Source of the DNA: Setoptus koraiensis
Taxonomy: Eukaryota; Animalia; Arthropoda
Length of the DNA stretch: 64,000 nucleotides
NCBI GenBank assembly: GCA_048013815.1
Contig: CM106585.1
Location: forward strand, 15,624,001-15,688,000
Reading direction: 5' to 3'
Shown one piece after another: positions 1-12,100 of this stretch; within the stretch, counting starts at the first letter, position 1; every line of letters starts with the position of its first letter. The position numbers and the translations under genes are program-made. The notes beneath the pieces were generated by a model. The model searched no databases, was not told the DNA's origin, and saw only the letters and a list, made by a program, of their open reading frames with translations.

Positions 1-126
1 ATAGGATAGAGATGTTCTCTTGTTTGATTTTGATTCTTTTCTGTTGACAATATTCTGCAATGATTCTCTTGTGAACGGTTTGAATATTTGACAATGGGCG
101 AGACCGATGGCAGCACTTGATGACAT
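1..126 (-). CDS. 5' end (first 42 codons) of a voltage-gated sodium channel alpha subunit (Nav/para or DSC1-type); gene continues off the left edge
   Basis: Not in the ORF track because it is truncated. ATG at 126, preceded by an in-frame TAA, gives MSSSAAIGLAHCQIFKPFTRESLQNIVNRKESKSNKRTSLSY. FKPFTRESL matches the conserved Nav N-terminal motif F(R/K)PFTRESL. Only 42 codons are visible. Confidence 0.65.
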   Translation of the reverse strand, partial: MSSSAAIGLAHCQIFKPFTRESLQNIVNRKESKSNKRTSLSY

Positions 127-1182
127 AATGCTGTTGTCGTTTTGTTAATTGAATACATGGACTTAGCACTTGGTGACCAGGCACTTTGACGCAATGTCGC
201 GCTCGCTGTTTTCTATCACTAGTGATGCATTTAGCACTGATGGCACTGTGGCCGCCTGTTATAATTACTAATAACTCAATTACTAATTAACTTTGTCTTC
301 GTGGAATCACCAATCGATTTTTTAATGTCGCTCTTAATTAGTTTTTTTCCTGAGTGAAACTGATTGGTGCGAACTGTGATCGTCGGCGCCGGCTCGTTCA
401 TGGCGAGTGACTCATTTTGAATTGTTGTTTTGTTGACGATGATCGATAAATTAATTGACGACAATCTACTAATTGATTTATTCTAATTTGTTTCAATTTG
501 TTGTATCCAATCGACTGCTTAATTTGATTTGTGAGTGTGTGACAATTAACTGATAGTGGCAGCAATAATAACAATAATGGTGGTCGCTCAACAGCTAATG
601 GGCAATCCAATACAGAGGGGATTCGCACACTGGCCGATTAAAACTCGAGAGCGCTCAAATGAAGAGGTGCAACAGCCCAGATCAGCGCCAGCATACACAC
701 GGTGCGTTCGGTGGCGGCACTGCATCATTGATTTGCGCATTCATATTGGTTTGGCTTGCACACACGACTCACATTCGATTATAATAATGTCGCGCTCGCT
801 CTCCACGCTGCTAACAAGTCGAATTTTTTCTCGTTCTCTCTTAGTTAAGAGGATCCTGAAAACTATACGGCGGTTAGAATAGTTCGATTTATCGAATCTT
901 ATTCGATCAGTTGAACGGAAATGAAACCACCAACAATTATGCTATAGTCTCTCTCTCTCTCTCTCACTTCATTACTACACCGTGGAATATGTGGCGCACG
1001 CACGCATGCAGACGCACACAGTAGCCTGTGTGTCTGCGTTTTCGCTGGTGGTGATGGTGGTCGAGGCAACAGAGTCTGTGTATGTGTGTATGCTAAAGTT
1101 CCATGAGTTCCATGCTACGGCCTGCATGCCACACTGGGGCAGAGTTCGTGGCATGGAGATAACTTTAGGCTGGGCTCTCAAC

Positions 1183-1468
1183 CAGTGATCGGGGCAGCTC
1201 CCTCCTCCCTCTCGGGCCGAGTCCTCCTCCCCTAGCTCCCGTTGGCTGCCCGTGCCCGATTTTGCACATACAAAACACATACCAGGGGAGCGCAGAAAGG
1301 ACAGTCGAACAATTGCATAGAAACCAATTGCACTGGGCACCTGATATCTTTTGTGGGTGCGAAATTGGGCACGAGAAGCCAGCGACAAGCAGGGCGGCTA
1401 AGCCCTCCTCCCGCCCGGGACGAGGGAGCAAACAGGGGAGCAAGATATTTGCTGGTGCCCGACCACTA
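1183..1468. mobile_element. Putative degenerate hAT-like MITE (~286 bp)
   Basis: Imperfect terminal inverted repeats CAGTGATCGGGGCA (1183) and TGCCCGACCACTA (ends 1468). Internal inverted pair GTGCCCGATTTTGCAC (1252-1267) and GTGCGAAATTGGGCAC (1357-1372). GC-rich against its flanks. No convincing TSD. Confidence 0.4.
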
Positions 1469-3325
1469 GCCCCACGCTACCACACGATACAATAGTGTGC
1501 ACTCTATAGCACGGACTATGGCGCCCACCGACGTGTAGCCATGAATGTATAGCGAGACACCAGCACACATTCACGAGCAGGTAATAACGAGAGTTAAACT
1601 CGTGTATGCCAGAGTTTGCAGGGGGCGCATCAATGTCGCGACTCGCGAGCCCCAGCAAAAAAATATGAGCATAAATCCACATGCGTGCACGTTAATTGTC
1701 TCCATTGCGCCCGAACCACTGGCAGTTTGCGGTTAGCGTGTATAGCGTCAGTGAACGCGGACCACCGGCCGGCCAGCCAGCCAGCCAATCTAGCTAGGCA
1801 ACACAGAGGGGGAGGGCAGGTTAGGTGAACAAATAAAGGCCCTGCATACGAATTGTAGATATACCTGAATATTTGCAACCGCTTTTAGACTCCTGAAAAT
1901 AGCAACATTTTCGCTGTTGTCGTCGATAGCAACGATCAAATTGATATCTAAACAACGCATAAAGCTCATTTCTGCCCGCACCCCTCTCGATCAAGAGGGA
2001 ATATTTTTTTATATATAAATACTTTTATATTTATATACATCAAGTAAGAGCCACCATTATAATGAAACCATCACGTGCGCTCCAATTATTGTAAGACAAT
2101 AGGTGCATCGCTCCAATTTCACTCGCTACTTGAGGTGATCTTGAAAAAAGTCAGGGCTATCGGTGGCAAACATTGTCTGCTTTGTTCCAGTTATTAGCTT
2201 GTGCCTCCAGTTATAAATTATCAATTCCGAGTGCCGCATGGTCACACAGTAGTGTCGTCCAGGTATTCTCGTTATTATCTCTCTCTCTCTCTCCCATTCG
2301 GAGATTGTTCTCCATCTTAAGGATGCAATCAATCAAATACTTTGCATACATCCAATCTTCGTGCAGGTTTTGAGTGTGAAAGCCCCATTTCCGGTTAATA
2401 TTGGTGCGCGCGCGCGTTTACACGGCTGCTGTGATCGAGCAGAGTGCGTTGGCAACGCCACACCAACAAACAGTCGAATCCTCATGGAAATTGTTCAACT
2501 ATAGGATCATTTTGCCTTGAGATTTGTGTGCTACTCATTCGTTGTCTCGTTGCATATCATCGACGGATAAAAGCAAAAATAATAAGTCAAAACATACATA
2601 CTATGGATGGCACCTCCCTACAGCATATTTTTTGTTCGCCTCTTCTTTTCATTAAGCGTTCTCTTGTTCGTTTCAACAGTTAGCGAATTATCTAGAAATA
2701 TATGCAAACCTACCAGAGTGTATGTTAATAGATGCACAAACAGCTACAGTTGAGGGTGGCGGAGCTATTAGCCGGTTAAGCATGGGCAAATGTTACAATG
2801 AAGGAGGCGACCACAAGCTACTAATAATTCAGTCCAGATTCTAGGCGCAGTGTGGAACTATGTTAAGAGAGCAGCTATAGAGAGCTACAACAAACAACAA
2901 TTACCGCTTTGGATATTATAATTGCATTGTGACTTGCCACTTTTAAACAGTCGGTCGGCCTGATCTTTAAGTGAAGGAAAAACAATAGAAACGGGACTAG
3001 CTTGCAATTTTTGTGCCTTCACCTACACATTCATCTGATACTGATATTATTCATGCCGGTCTAGTGTAACATTTACCTGATTATGGTCCGTGTGCTACAG
3101 GCTAAAGAGTAGGTTTGTGACTAAACCTGACTTAGTTGCTCTGTGAAAGTGCTACTTAAACGAGCGACTGCACGCATATACCCTTACGCAACACCAACTC
3201 CATACATATATATGAGTAGGTAACATCGGTCCATAAATATTATATATATATATATTTTACCTGTATGTATGTTGTTGTGGTCGTTGTTGTTGTTGTTGTT
3301 GCTGATGTGAGTGAGTGAGTGTGTC

Positions 3326-3360
3326 GTGTGTGTGTGTGTGTGTGTGCGTGTGCGTGTGCA

Positions 3361-3401
<41 letters not shown>
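3326..3401. repeat. Compound (GT)n microsatellite with GC interruptions
   Basis: Directly visible; generates spurious HTHT/VCVC ORFs. Confidence 0.95.
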
Positions 3402-3403
<2 letters not shown>

Positions 3404-5824
3404 TAACGACAACAATATTTGGATTGTGGTAGAATTCAAAATGATTTCACGTAGAGCTATCGCCAAACTGATCTCTGCTCTAACACATCGAATACGGAAC
3501 CATGTCCGACTCTAATTGTAACTATCTATCTTCTAATTTTGTAACAGAACCAATTATCAAAGAAACTTGCGCCCCAACTTGTCAGATTAGTCTGGCACAC
3601 GTCTATATGACTATACACTGTAAATGGCACCCTTGCACCCTTATCTACCTTTCTATGGTGCTTAAAAAGGCACAACTTGCTCAGTTCTCTGTGCATTAGA
3701 GGCTAACGATGCAGCCCGTCTCCGCCCTTTACTTTAGAACCATGAATTTCATGACAAGCCGAGCTAACTGAATACCTCTCAGTTGCCTCAATCAATCGCG
3801 CTCCGTCGACTTTGTTTAGTTGTGTCAGCCCAAAAGCATTTTCTCTCCTATCTATCTCCATAAGAATGGCCCTCATACAATCATAAGTACACGCTTATTA
3901 CCGCAAATCTTGCGCTAAATGATTGTCCGCTTGGTTTTATGTTCCCTTTAGATGTATCATTAGTTAATGACCCAATGACGACCACTCTTGTTTTACACTT
4001 TTGTTGGATAGGAAATGACGAACTATCACTGCGCATAATGTGCAGTTGACCATCCATTATGTGTGTCAATTCAAATTATGGGGTCACGGTGAATGGATAT
4101 GAAAAACTGTTTCCCACTACGATTTAAATTGCACCTTTATCCTCCAATTCAACAAACCGATATTAAATTAGAGGTGTTAGGCCAAATGTCACCAGTGTGT
4201 GGTGCATGCGTGAATAACATGGCCCAGGTGACATTATCTATAGTCCTCTATTCACGATGGAGGTAATAGGGAACCCTAGTTAAAAAAAACAATCAACATT
4301 TGTTGATGGAATGGTGCAAACATTCTATTAGATTGTCCATGTTCAACTGAGCATAGTGGATGAATTAAGACATAGTGGAGACGATGTACGTATTCGAACA
4401 TTTCATTAAGCTGACTATCATGTAACAACAACTAACGATAGCCACAATCTATGACCTATAATCAATTTGTTTGTCACGCACTCGCTTGGTTTGAGTTTAT
4501 TTACAATTCATCATGAGAAAATATCTAGATAATATGTGGCAAGCACATTCAATTGATAAATGGCCAATATTGATCTCATGATAAGTCCCGACAGCAACAA
4601 AACTAAACCGCGAACCGCCTATGAACTTCACATGGTGACAACAAATGAGCCAACGGGGTTATACGACAAGCTTATGTGAGAATTCATCTCGGTGATGAAG
4701 AGTGCCGAAAATATCTGTTAGATATAATGGGACTTTATGACTGTGTATAAGGACGTGTCCGAACGAGTCCAATTGCCCAAGCACCACCATCCTCGCACAA
4801 TGGCGTTTTGATTTCTCATTACATAACCATATACCACTGAAAAGTATCTCCCCCTCCCTCTCTCTCCCATTCTTTCGGGGAATGCGCCAACACTTAATAC
4901 GCCGTGGCCTAAATAACTTTGTCGCCCTTAATGGTTGTTGTTTTTTTTTTGTTTTTAATATTAGGCTTGTCATAGGAGCAGTATGGCCACAAAATTGTTA
5001 CGATCGCTAATTTTATTGAGCTCGGGCAGGATTGGTCAGTCTCTTGGATTATGTGGAAAATGTGCAATGAATAGCTTGAGAACTAACGTTTAGTTCGCTC
5101 TATCGAACTGTCCACCATGACCAACTAATGAAACTATCATAAGGGTAATGATTAACTGATAATACCTAAAGGTATCCGCCTATTAGTTCATTTTACTCTG
5201 TGAATAACTGCCATTCCATGTCGAGAGCAGTTTTGATACAAGAAACACGTGCGCAAAATGGTTTGCGTAATTTTCACAGAGATAGAGCGTAACTCCAAGA
5301 GACATTAGGCTGATACAGCAAAGAGATAAGACCACATATGAACTAACGAGCATTAGCAAATATGTATATCAAGAGGAGTGACCAAAATGCGAGCTTTTCT
5401 GTAACAATTTGCACGTAGTGTTCATCTCTGCACACTAAAAAACTCTGTTTTTAACATCATATTTTAAATTCTAATACTCGTACTCTATAAAAGAAATGAG
5501 AATGTTCACGGCAAGCTAGTGAATACTTTTTTCTTTGAAAAAAAAAATCGTAGTGCACATGCTATCAATATAGAGAAAGTGATACGTTCCAGTACCTAAC
5601 TGGGTATTACAAATAGTTCTTTTCTTTCGAGGATTGATTTACTATTTTCTAATTGATCGCTATTTTTAATGTACAGATACATGGATATATAGGGTTTGTT
5701 TTCGCAGAGTATTAATCGGTAATTCATTGTGTAAAACTAATAAGCGAATGACTCAACATAATGATTAACTTTATTGACTGTGTTTTTTTTTGAAGCGTTA
5801 AAATTGTGATCAAAAGCTGGTCAA

Positions 5825-8502
5825 TTATTGCGCATTCTTTGCATTTATGTTTTCAGCCATTTTATTCAATGCGCTACCAGCTCTAAACCATCCTATTTGT
5901 GCCTCATTGAAGGTGTGATTCAATAGAATTTGTTCGGTTGTACCATCTTCATGCTTGAGAACACAGGTCAAGGGCTTGCCAGGTGCAAAGGTGTTTAAGC
6001 CAACTATGTCAATCTTATCTGTTGGCCGGACCTTATCGTAGTCACCAGGGGAGGAAAATGTTAAGGGTAACATACCTTGTTTCTTGAGATTTGTTTCATG
6101 TATTCTAGCGAAGCTTTTCACAATTATTGCCCGACCACCTAAATGTCTTGGCTCAAGAGCAGCGTGTTCTCTACTACTTCCTTCGCCGTAGTTCTCTTCT
6201 CCTATGACAACCCAATTCACACCTTTGGATTTATAGTTTCGTGCAGTGTCAGGGACTGAACCGTACTCTTGTGTTAAGAGATTTTTGACTTTGTTCACTT
6301 CTCCGTTTTCTGAATTGACAGCACCAATCAACATGTTATTGGAGATATTGTCCAAGTGACCTCTGAACCTCAACCAGGGTCCTGCCATACTGATATGGTC
6401 TGTGGTGCATTTTCCTTTAACTTTAATCAGAATCAACATATCGGTAAGATCTTTGCCATTCCATCTGTCAAATGGTTTCAGTAACTGAAGTCTCTCACTT
6501 TTACTGTCCACGTTGACTTTTACTTTCGATCCATCCTCAACAGGGGCTTGGAAAGTGTCCTGACCAGGATCGAAGCCTCTGGATGGTAGCTCTTCTCCGT
6601 AGGGGGGCTCCAATTTGAATTTTTCTCCGTTGGCACCTGTCAGTTCATCAGTCATTGGATTGAAATCTAATCGTCCAGCTATTGAAAGGGCAGTGACCAT
6701 TTCGGGTGATGAAATAAAAGCATGTGTTTTAGGGTTGGCATCATTTCTACCAGTAAAATTACGATTGTAAGAGGTTACTATAGTATTAATTTCTCCTTTT
6801 TTAGTATCTTGACGACTCCATTGACCAATACACGGTCCGCAAGCATTCGCTAGAACTGAGCCACCGAACTTTCTCAGTATCTCAGCTTGACCATCTCGTT
6901 CGATTGTTGCCCTTATCTGTTCAGAGCCTGGCGTAACGGTGAAAGCCGATTTAGTTTTCAAGCCATGAGCTATGGCTTGTTTGGCAACAGATACAGATCT
7001 GTTCATATCACCATAGCTGCTGTTGGTGCAACTTCCAATAAGGCCAACTTTGATGTCCACGGGCCAGTTATTCTTTTTAGCTGCCTCACCCAACTTGGAT
7101 ATAGGATGCGCCAGATCGGGCGTAAAAGGCCCGTTGACGTGAGGCTCCAAGGTGGTCAGATTGATTTCGACAATTTGATCGTATTGAGCGTTCCTGTCGG
7201 CAGTCAGTAAGGACAAATTTTCGTCAGCTAAATCGGCGATTGCCTGACGGTTTGTGGCAACTAGATATTCGCGCATGTGACTATTGTATGGAAATACAGA
7301 AGTCGTGGCACCAATTTCAGCTCCCATATTACATATAGTTCCCATACCGGTACAGGCAATGTGATCCACACCAGGTCCGAAATATTCAATGATCGCGCCT
7401 GTTCCACCCTTGACAGTAAGTATGCCAGCCAATTTTAAGATGACATCCTTGAAAGAGGCCCAACCATTGAGTTTGCCAGTGAGATGCACTCCAATAACTT
7501 TGGGACATTTAACCTCCCATGGTAGATCGGCCATGACATCAACAGCATCGGCGCCTCCGACTCCGATACATAACCCACCTAAGCCGCCTCCATTGGGCGT
7601 ATGGCTGTCGGTTCCTATGATCAAACAACCGGGAAAAGCGTAATTCTCAAAAATGATCTGTAGATTGTCGATATACACAATGTATGTTGAAGATTGGATA
7701 GGTTGTTTTTTGGCTTTGTTAGAATTGTTCACATACAATGTAAATTAGATATAATTAGATATAATTGTTTGCAACCTAATACATGAGTACCAGATAGTTC
7801 TCGAGTCTGGTCACACCTGGTGGCTGCTTCTGGTAGTCTCAGGTAGTCGCCTGATATGACCGTCGTTTCATTTCGGTACAAGAAGGAGGAGGAGCGAGCA
7901 GTAAATGTGCACTAGCTCCAGTTTGCCATCGTACCAGCTTGGGGCATGCCCAAAGTGCATAAATACTATGCAAGTAGAATGATACTAACCTGATGAATAA
8001 TACCACTGCCCGGATGCCAGAATCCGATGCCGTACTTGGCGGCTGCCGAGCTCAAGAACTCATACACCTCCTTGTTGACTTCTTTGGCCTTGGTCAAATC
8101 AGCTGAGGCGCCCAGTTTAGCCTCAATAAGATGGTCACAGTGTATAGATGACGGTACGCTGACTTTGGGCAAACCACTGGAGATAAATTGCATTAAAGCC
8201 ATCTGTGCTGTCGCATCTTGCATGGCTACGCGATCTGGTCTCAAGCGTAAGTAACTTTCGCCGCGCACTATGTCCTGACTTTCAACATCGTCCAAATGAG
8301 GATAAAGTATCTTCTCGGATAGGGTCAGGGGTCTCGACAATTTTTTTCTCACCTGAGACAATTTATTTTGCATCTTGTCATAAGGCATGTAAACTTTGGC
8401 GTCATATTTACTAATTGGCACTTGGGCCAAGGCCGCCGGACTGATATGAAGAGAGCGCCTCTGGACAAGAAGGTGCCTACTGGCTTTGATTAATAGAGTC
8501 AT
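5825..8502 (-). CDS. ACO2: Mitochondrial aconitate hydratase, 2 exons (8502-7990, 7657-5825), 781 aa
   Basis: Motifs [57 protein letters not shown] and [15 protein letters not shown] intron at 7989-7658 joins IIHQ to [10 protein letters not shown] in frame. Confidence 0.97.
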
Positions 8503-9038
8503 TTTGATTGATTGTATCCTGCGTGAATTGATTGGTTAATTATTCTGTTAGCTGAACTGATGAGAGTTGAGTTGTAATATTGATTAGATAGTGAAATAAA
8601 TAGAATAATTTAGTTTCAATAGCGATATATATACTGTATAAATGTTTATATGTATGCGAGAACGCAATGCACTAATAAAAACATCAACAGCCGTTGTTTG
8701 TGTTTGAGCGTGCTCAGTGTGCACAGATACAGCCTGATACAATCAAATTAGCACAATAGACAACTGAAAAGAGTGAACGAAAAAATCTTATCTTATTGCG
8801 CCTTTGTGTGCGCTATTCCCCTATAGGCATTCTTTCTCACTGATACTGTCAGCACTTTGCCACTGGCATCTTTTTGACACCTATAGAGCGACAAGGATGA
8901 GGTCACCTTGAAACAAAGAACACCTATCAGTATTAGAAGCGATCAATTATTTTAGCATAGTAATAATAGCATCTTCTCAATAACACATAAAGATTTACAT
9001 AAAACAAGATGAGTTTTCGTTGTGGCATCTAGTCGGTT

Positions 9039-10406
9039 TTATTCACGTTTCGATTGTTGCCTGATATCATCTGTCACAAAGTTTACGACATCAGTAGTTG
9101 TGTGATGACCTCTAAGATCCGGTGTGTGTATTTTGGCCTCGTTGAGGGCCTTGTTTATCGCTCGTCTAATCATTGTAGCGTAATCGTCTAATTTTAAATG
9201 TTGCAATAAGTCGGCAGAGGCATTCAAAACAGCTATCGGATTGGCTATATTCTTGCCAGTCATTGTTTTACCTGTGTTTCTTGAACCTGTTTCAAATACG
9301 GCGTACTCATCGCCAAAGTTTGCGCCAGAAGTCAGTCCAGCTCCTCCAACTAGACCGCAGGCTATGTTCGTAAGAACAGCTCCGTAAAGATTAGGCAGTA
9401 AAAGCACATCAAATTGACTTGGATCAGATACAAGTTGCATACTACAATTGTCGATGATAATATCGTCAAATTCAATATCGGGATAAGATTTCGCAACATC
9501 GCGAGCAACCTCTAAGAATAATCCATCGCTTAATTTCATTATGTTGGCCTTGTGAACACACGTGACTTTCTTTCTGTTGTTTTCTAAGGCGAATTCAAAT
9601 GCATATTTAGCTATTTGCTCACTTTTAGTCTTTGTTACAACCTTAAGACATTCTACTAAGCCGGGCACCGTCTCATGCTCTATTGATGAGTATTCTCCTT
9701 CAGTGTTCTGGCGAATCAAAACAATATCTATATCTCGGTGGCGGGTTTCAACTCCCGTTTGACTAAGAATGTGAACAACATTAGCGAAAAGATTGAGTCT
9801 TTTCCTCAATTCAACATTTCGACTCTTGAAATATCTAGAATGTTCACGAGTCTCTATGTTGCCTTTCAGTGCAATTCCATTACGTTTAATTGACGTTATG
9901 GCCTCCTCCATTTTTTCCATATTCTCATTCATAGAGTCCAGATTGATTTCTTCAAAATCCACCGGAACACCACCTACTTTGAATACTGTTTTGACATGCC
10001 TCATCATTTCTGGTCCTATACCATCACCGGGCAGCATGGTAATCATGAATCGACCGCCATATTTTGCTTTGGGATTTGAGGCAGTGGTAATTTTCAAGTT
10101 GCATCTTTTGCTGGTTGTTATAAAACGCAATTGACGATCATGCAATATTCTATTGGTGATACTATTTTTCAGTTTTGTCTCATTCGATGAAGACAATCCT
10201 GTTGAGGTAGCAATGGTAGGATAGTTTCTCGTGGGTGTCTTAGTTGGGGATGCTGGCTTTCGGATTGGATTGTCGAAAGATGATGATGTCAGAGCAAATT
10301 GATTGTCCCATTCTAAAGATGACAATTGTGACCTGACTGTTATGGAACAGGCCTTTTTTGAGGTCAACTGTGTAATAGCGGTTTGTACTGGATTGCGGCA
10401 CCACAT
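9039..10406 (-). CDS. IDH3G: NAD-dependent isocitrate dehydrogenase 3, non-catalytic gamma-type subunit, intronless, 455 aa
   Basis: AKYGGRFMITMLPGDGIGPEM..VPVDFEE, RQNTEGEYSSIEHE, HKANIMKLSDGLF, IIDNCSMQLV and ANPIA. The KYGGR..T(M)LPGDGIGPE start is characteristic of the gamma subunit. Confidence 0.9.
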   Translation of the reverse strand: MWCRNPVQTAITQLTSKKACSITVRSQLSSLEWDNQFALTSSSFDNPIRKPASPTKTPTRNYPTIATSTGLSSSNETKLKNSITNRILHDRQLRFITTSKRCNLKITTASNPKAKYGGRFMITMLPGDGIGPEMMRHVKTVFKVGGVPVDFEEINLDSMNENMEKMEEAITSIKRNGIALKGNIETREHSRYFKSRNVELRKRLNLFANVVHILSQTGVETRHRDIDIVLIRQNTEGEYSSIEHETVPGLVECLKVVTKTKSEQIAKYAFEFALENNRKKVTCVHKANIMKLSDGLFLEVARDVAKSYPDIEFDDIIIDNCSMQLVSDPSQFDVLLLPNLYGAVLTNIACGLVGGAGLTSGANFGDEYAVFETGSRNTGKTMTGKNIANPIAVLNASADLLQHLKLDDYATMIRRAINKALNEAKIHTPDLRGHHTTTDVVNFVTDDIRQQSKRE

Positions 10407-10767
10407 TTCTACGATCTAATAGCAATATTGATAGTCAACAGAAATAGTACAATATATACTTTAGTTATAAATGATTATAATAAATGATTACAATAAATAA
10501 TCATAGTAGAATAAAAAACAGAAATAATACAACATTTACATTTACACAAAAATGTAAATGTAAAAATATTATCCGCGCACAAAATAGCATGCCCTTGTTT
10601 TTCTTGCGCACTATGAAATTAAAACCATATGATTGAGCATTCGTGAAGATCACTCATCATGTTGGCAGATCTCGTTGTCAGACCTAAAAAAATCATAAGT
10701 CACAACGGCGTTTCGATTATTTTCCTCTAATGACAACAAAGAACTCAGTAACAAAATATTTAAACAA

Positions 10768-11772
10768 ATGTTTGCGAAGTGGCTGAAAACCTTCACAAAC
10801 CTCAAAACTATAAAAGAGGCTAGTAAGATCACCGAACCGCCCATCGTACAGACAACAAGAAACGAGATCAAAGCTACAACAAGACGACTGGAAATGAATG
10901 TGTTACTCAATAATGGATTGAAGATGCCCCGCATTGGACTTGGTACCTTCGGCGTTAAAGATAAGGCAACTTGTCTCAATGTTTTCGACGAGGCCATAAC
11001 GGCTGGTTATAGGTTGTTTGACACTGGATCACTCTACGGTAATGATGAATATATTGGTGATGTTGTTTATAGTAGACTTAGCCGTAAAGACTTGAAACGA
11101 GATGAGATATTCATTTCCACCAAAATTGCTCCTTGGGAGCATGGTAAGAGTAGCACAAACCAATCTGTGAAAGATTCTTTGAAACGACTAAAGCTATCTT
11201 ATATTGATCTAGTTCTTGTACATTGGCCGGGTGTTGCAAAAGCCAAACCAAACGACCCAAAAAACAAGTCTATGAGAAGGGAAACATGGCAAGAACTTGA
11301 GTCATTAGTGAACGAAGGCAAGATACATTCAATTGGTGTATCCAATTATACTGTAAAGCATCTTGAGGATTTACTAAGCTATTGCTCATTGAAACCTGTG
11401 GTGAATCAAGTAGAATTTCATCCCCTTTGTTATCAAACAGATTTATTAAACTTCTGTAAAGAAAAAGATATCTATCTACAAGCCTACTCTTCTCTCGGAT
11501 CGTCCCAGAGCAAACCGCCGGGTTGGACTATATTATTCAACAACGATACTGTTAAATCAATAGCCGCTAGTCATAACAAAACTATACCACAGATCTTACT
11601 GAGATGGGGCCTCCAGCATGATTGTTTATTAATACCGAAGACTTCAAAAGTTGAAAATCTCAAGCCAAATCTGGAAATATTCGACTTTGAACTATCTGCC
11701 GATGACGTAGCAAAATTAGATAGTTTAAACAGCAATAAGCATTTCTGTTGGAATCCCCAAGAAATCGATTGA
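10768..11772 (+). CDS. Aldo-keto reductase family protein (true start may be the downstream Met of MNVLLNNGLKMP)
   Basis: LNNGLKMPRIGLGTF, FDTGSLYGN (Asp/Tyr), ISTKI (Lys), LVHWP (His), IGVSNY and NQVEFHP. The AKR catalytic tetrad is intact. Confidence 0.93.
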   Translation: MFAKWLKTFTNLKTIKEASKITEPPIVQTTRNEIKATTRRLEMNVLLNNGLKMPRIGLGTFGVKDKATCLNVFDEAITAGYRLFDTGSLYGNDEYIGDVVYSRLSRKDLKRDEIFISTKIAPWEHGKSSTNQSVKDSLKRLKLSYIDLVLVHWPGVAKAKPNDPKNKSMRRETWQELESLVNEGKIHSIGVSNYTVKHLEDLLSYCSLKPVVNQVEFHPLCYQTDLLNFCKEKDIYLQAYSSLGSSQSKPPGWTILFNNDTVKSIAASHNKTIPQILLRWGLQHDCLLIPKTSKVENLKPNLEIFDFELSADDVAKLDSLNSNKHFCWNPQEID

Positions 11773-12100
11773 GAGTCTTCTCATGTTATTTTAACCGAAT
11801 AAAAATATCATGACCTATACAAAGCCGAGCCTAGTTTCTAACTTGAATACGTAGTATCCTGGTTGCACACAATCCCACAAGTTTTTTGACAATAATAATA
11901 ACTTCGCGACTTCGATAATTGTTGACACTAACTTCCTTCATCATTTTCATACTTTCGTCTAATTTGCACTCCGTTCACTTCATTAGTAAGGACAAACCGT
12001 ATCTACGTCCTAAATTTAATTGTTTAAACACACCAACATGAAGCAACAGTACGTATCCGCAGCTTAGGAAAAGAAATCTGTCACTTGTACAAATAGAACC

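Noticed and set aside
8503-8620. Possible iron-responsive element in the ACO2 5' UTR, as in vertebrates
   Set aside because: No CAGTGN loop hairpin on the sense strand.
6887-10134. Plus-strand ORFs overlapping ACO2 and IDH3G (also similar ones over FKBP8, IFT80, LCMT1 and AMPK)
   Set aside because: Antisense shadows of real coding sequence.
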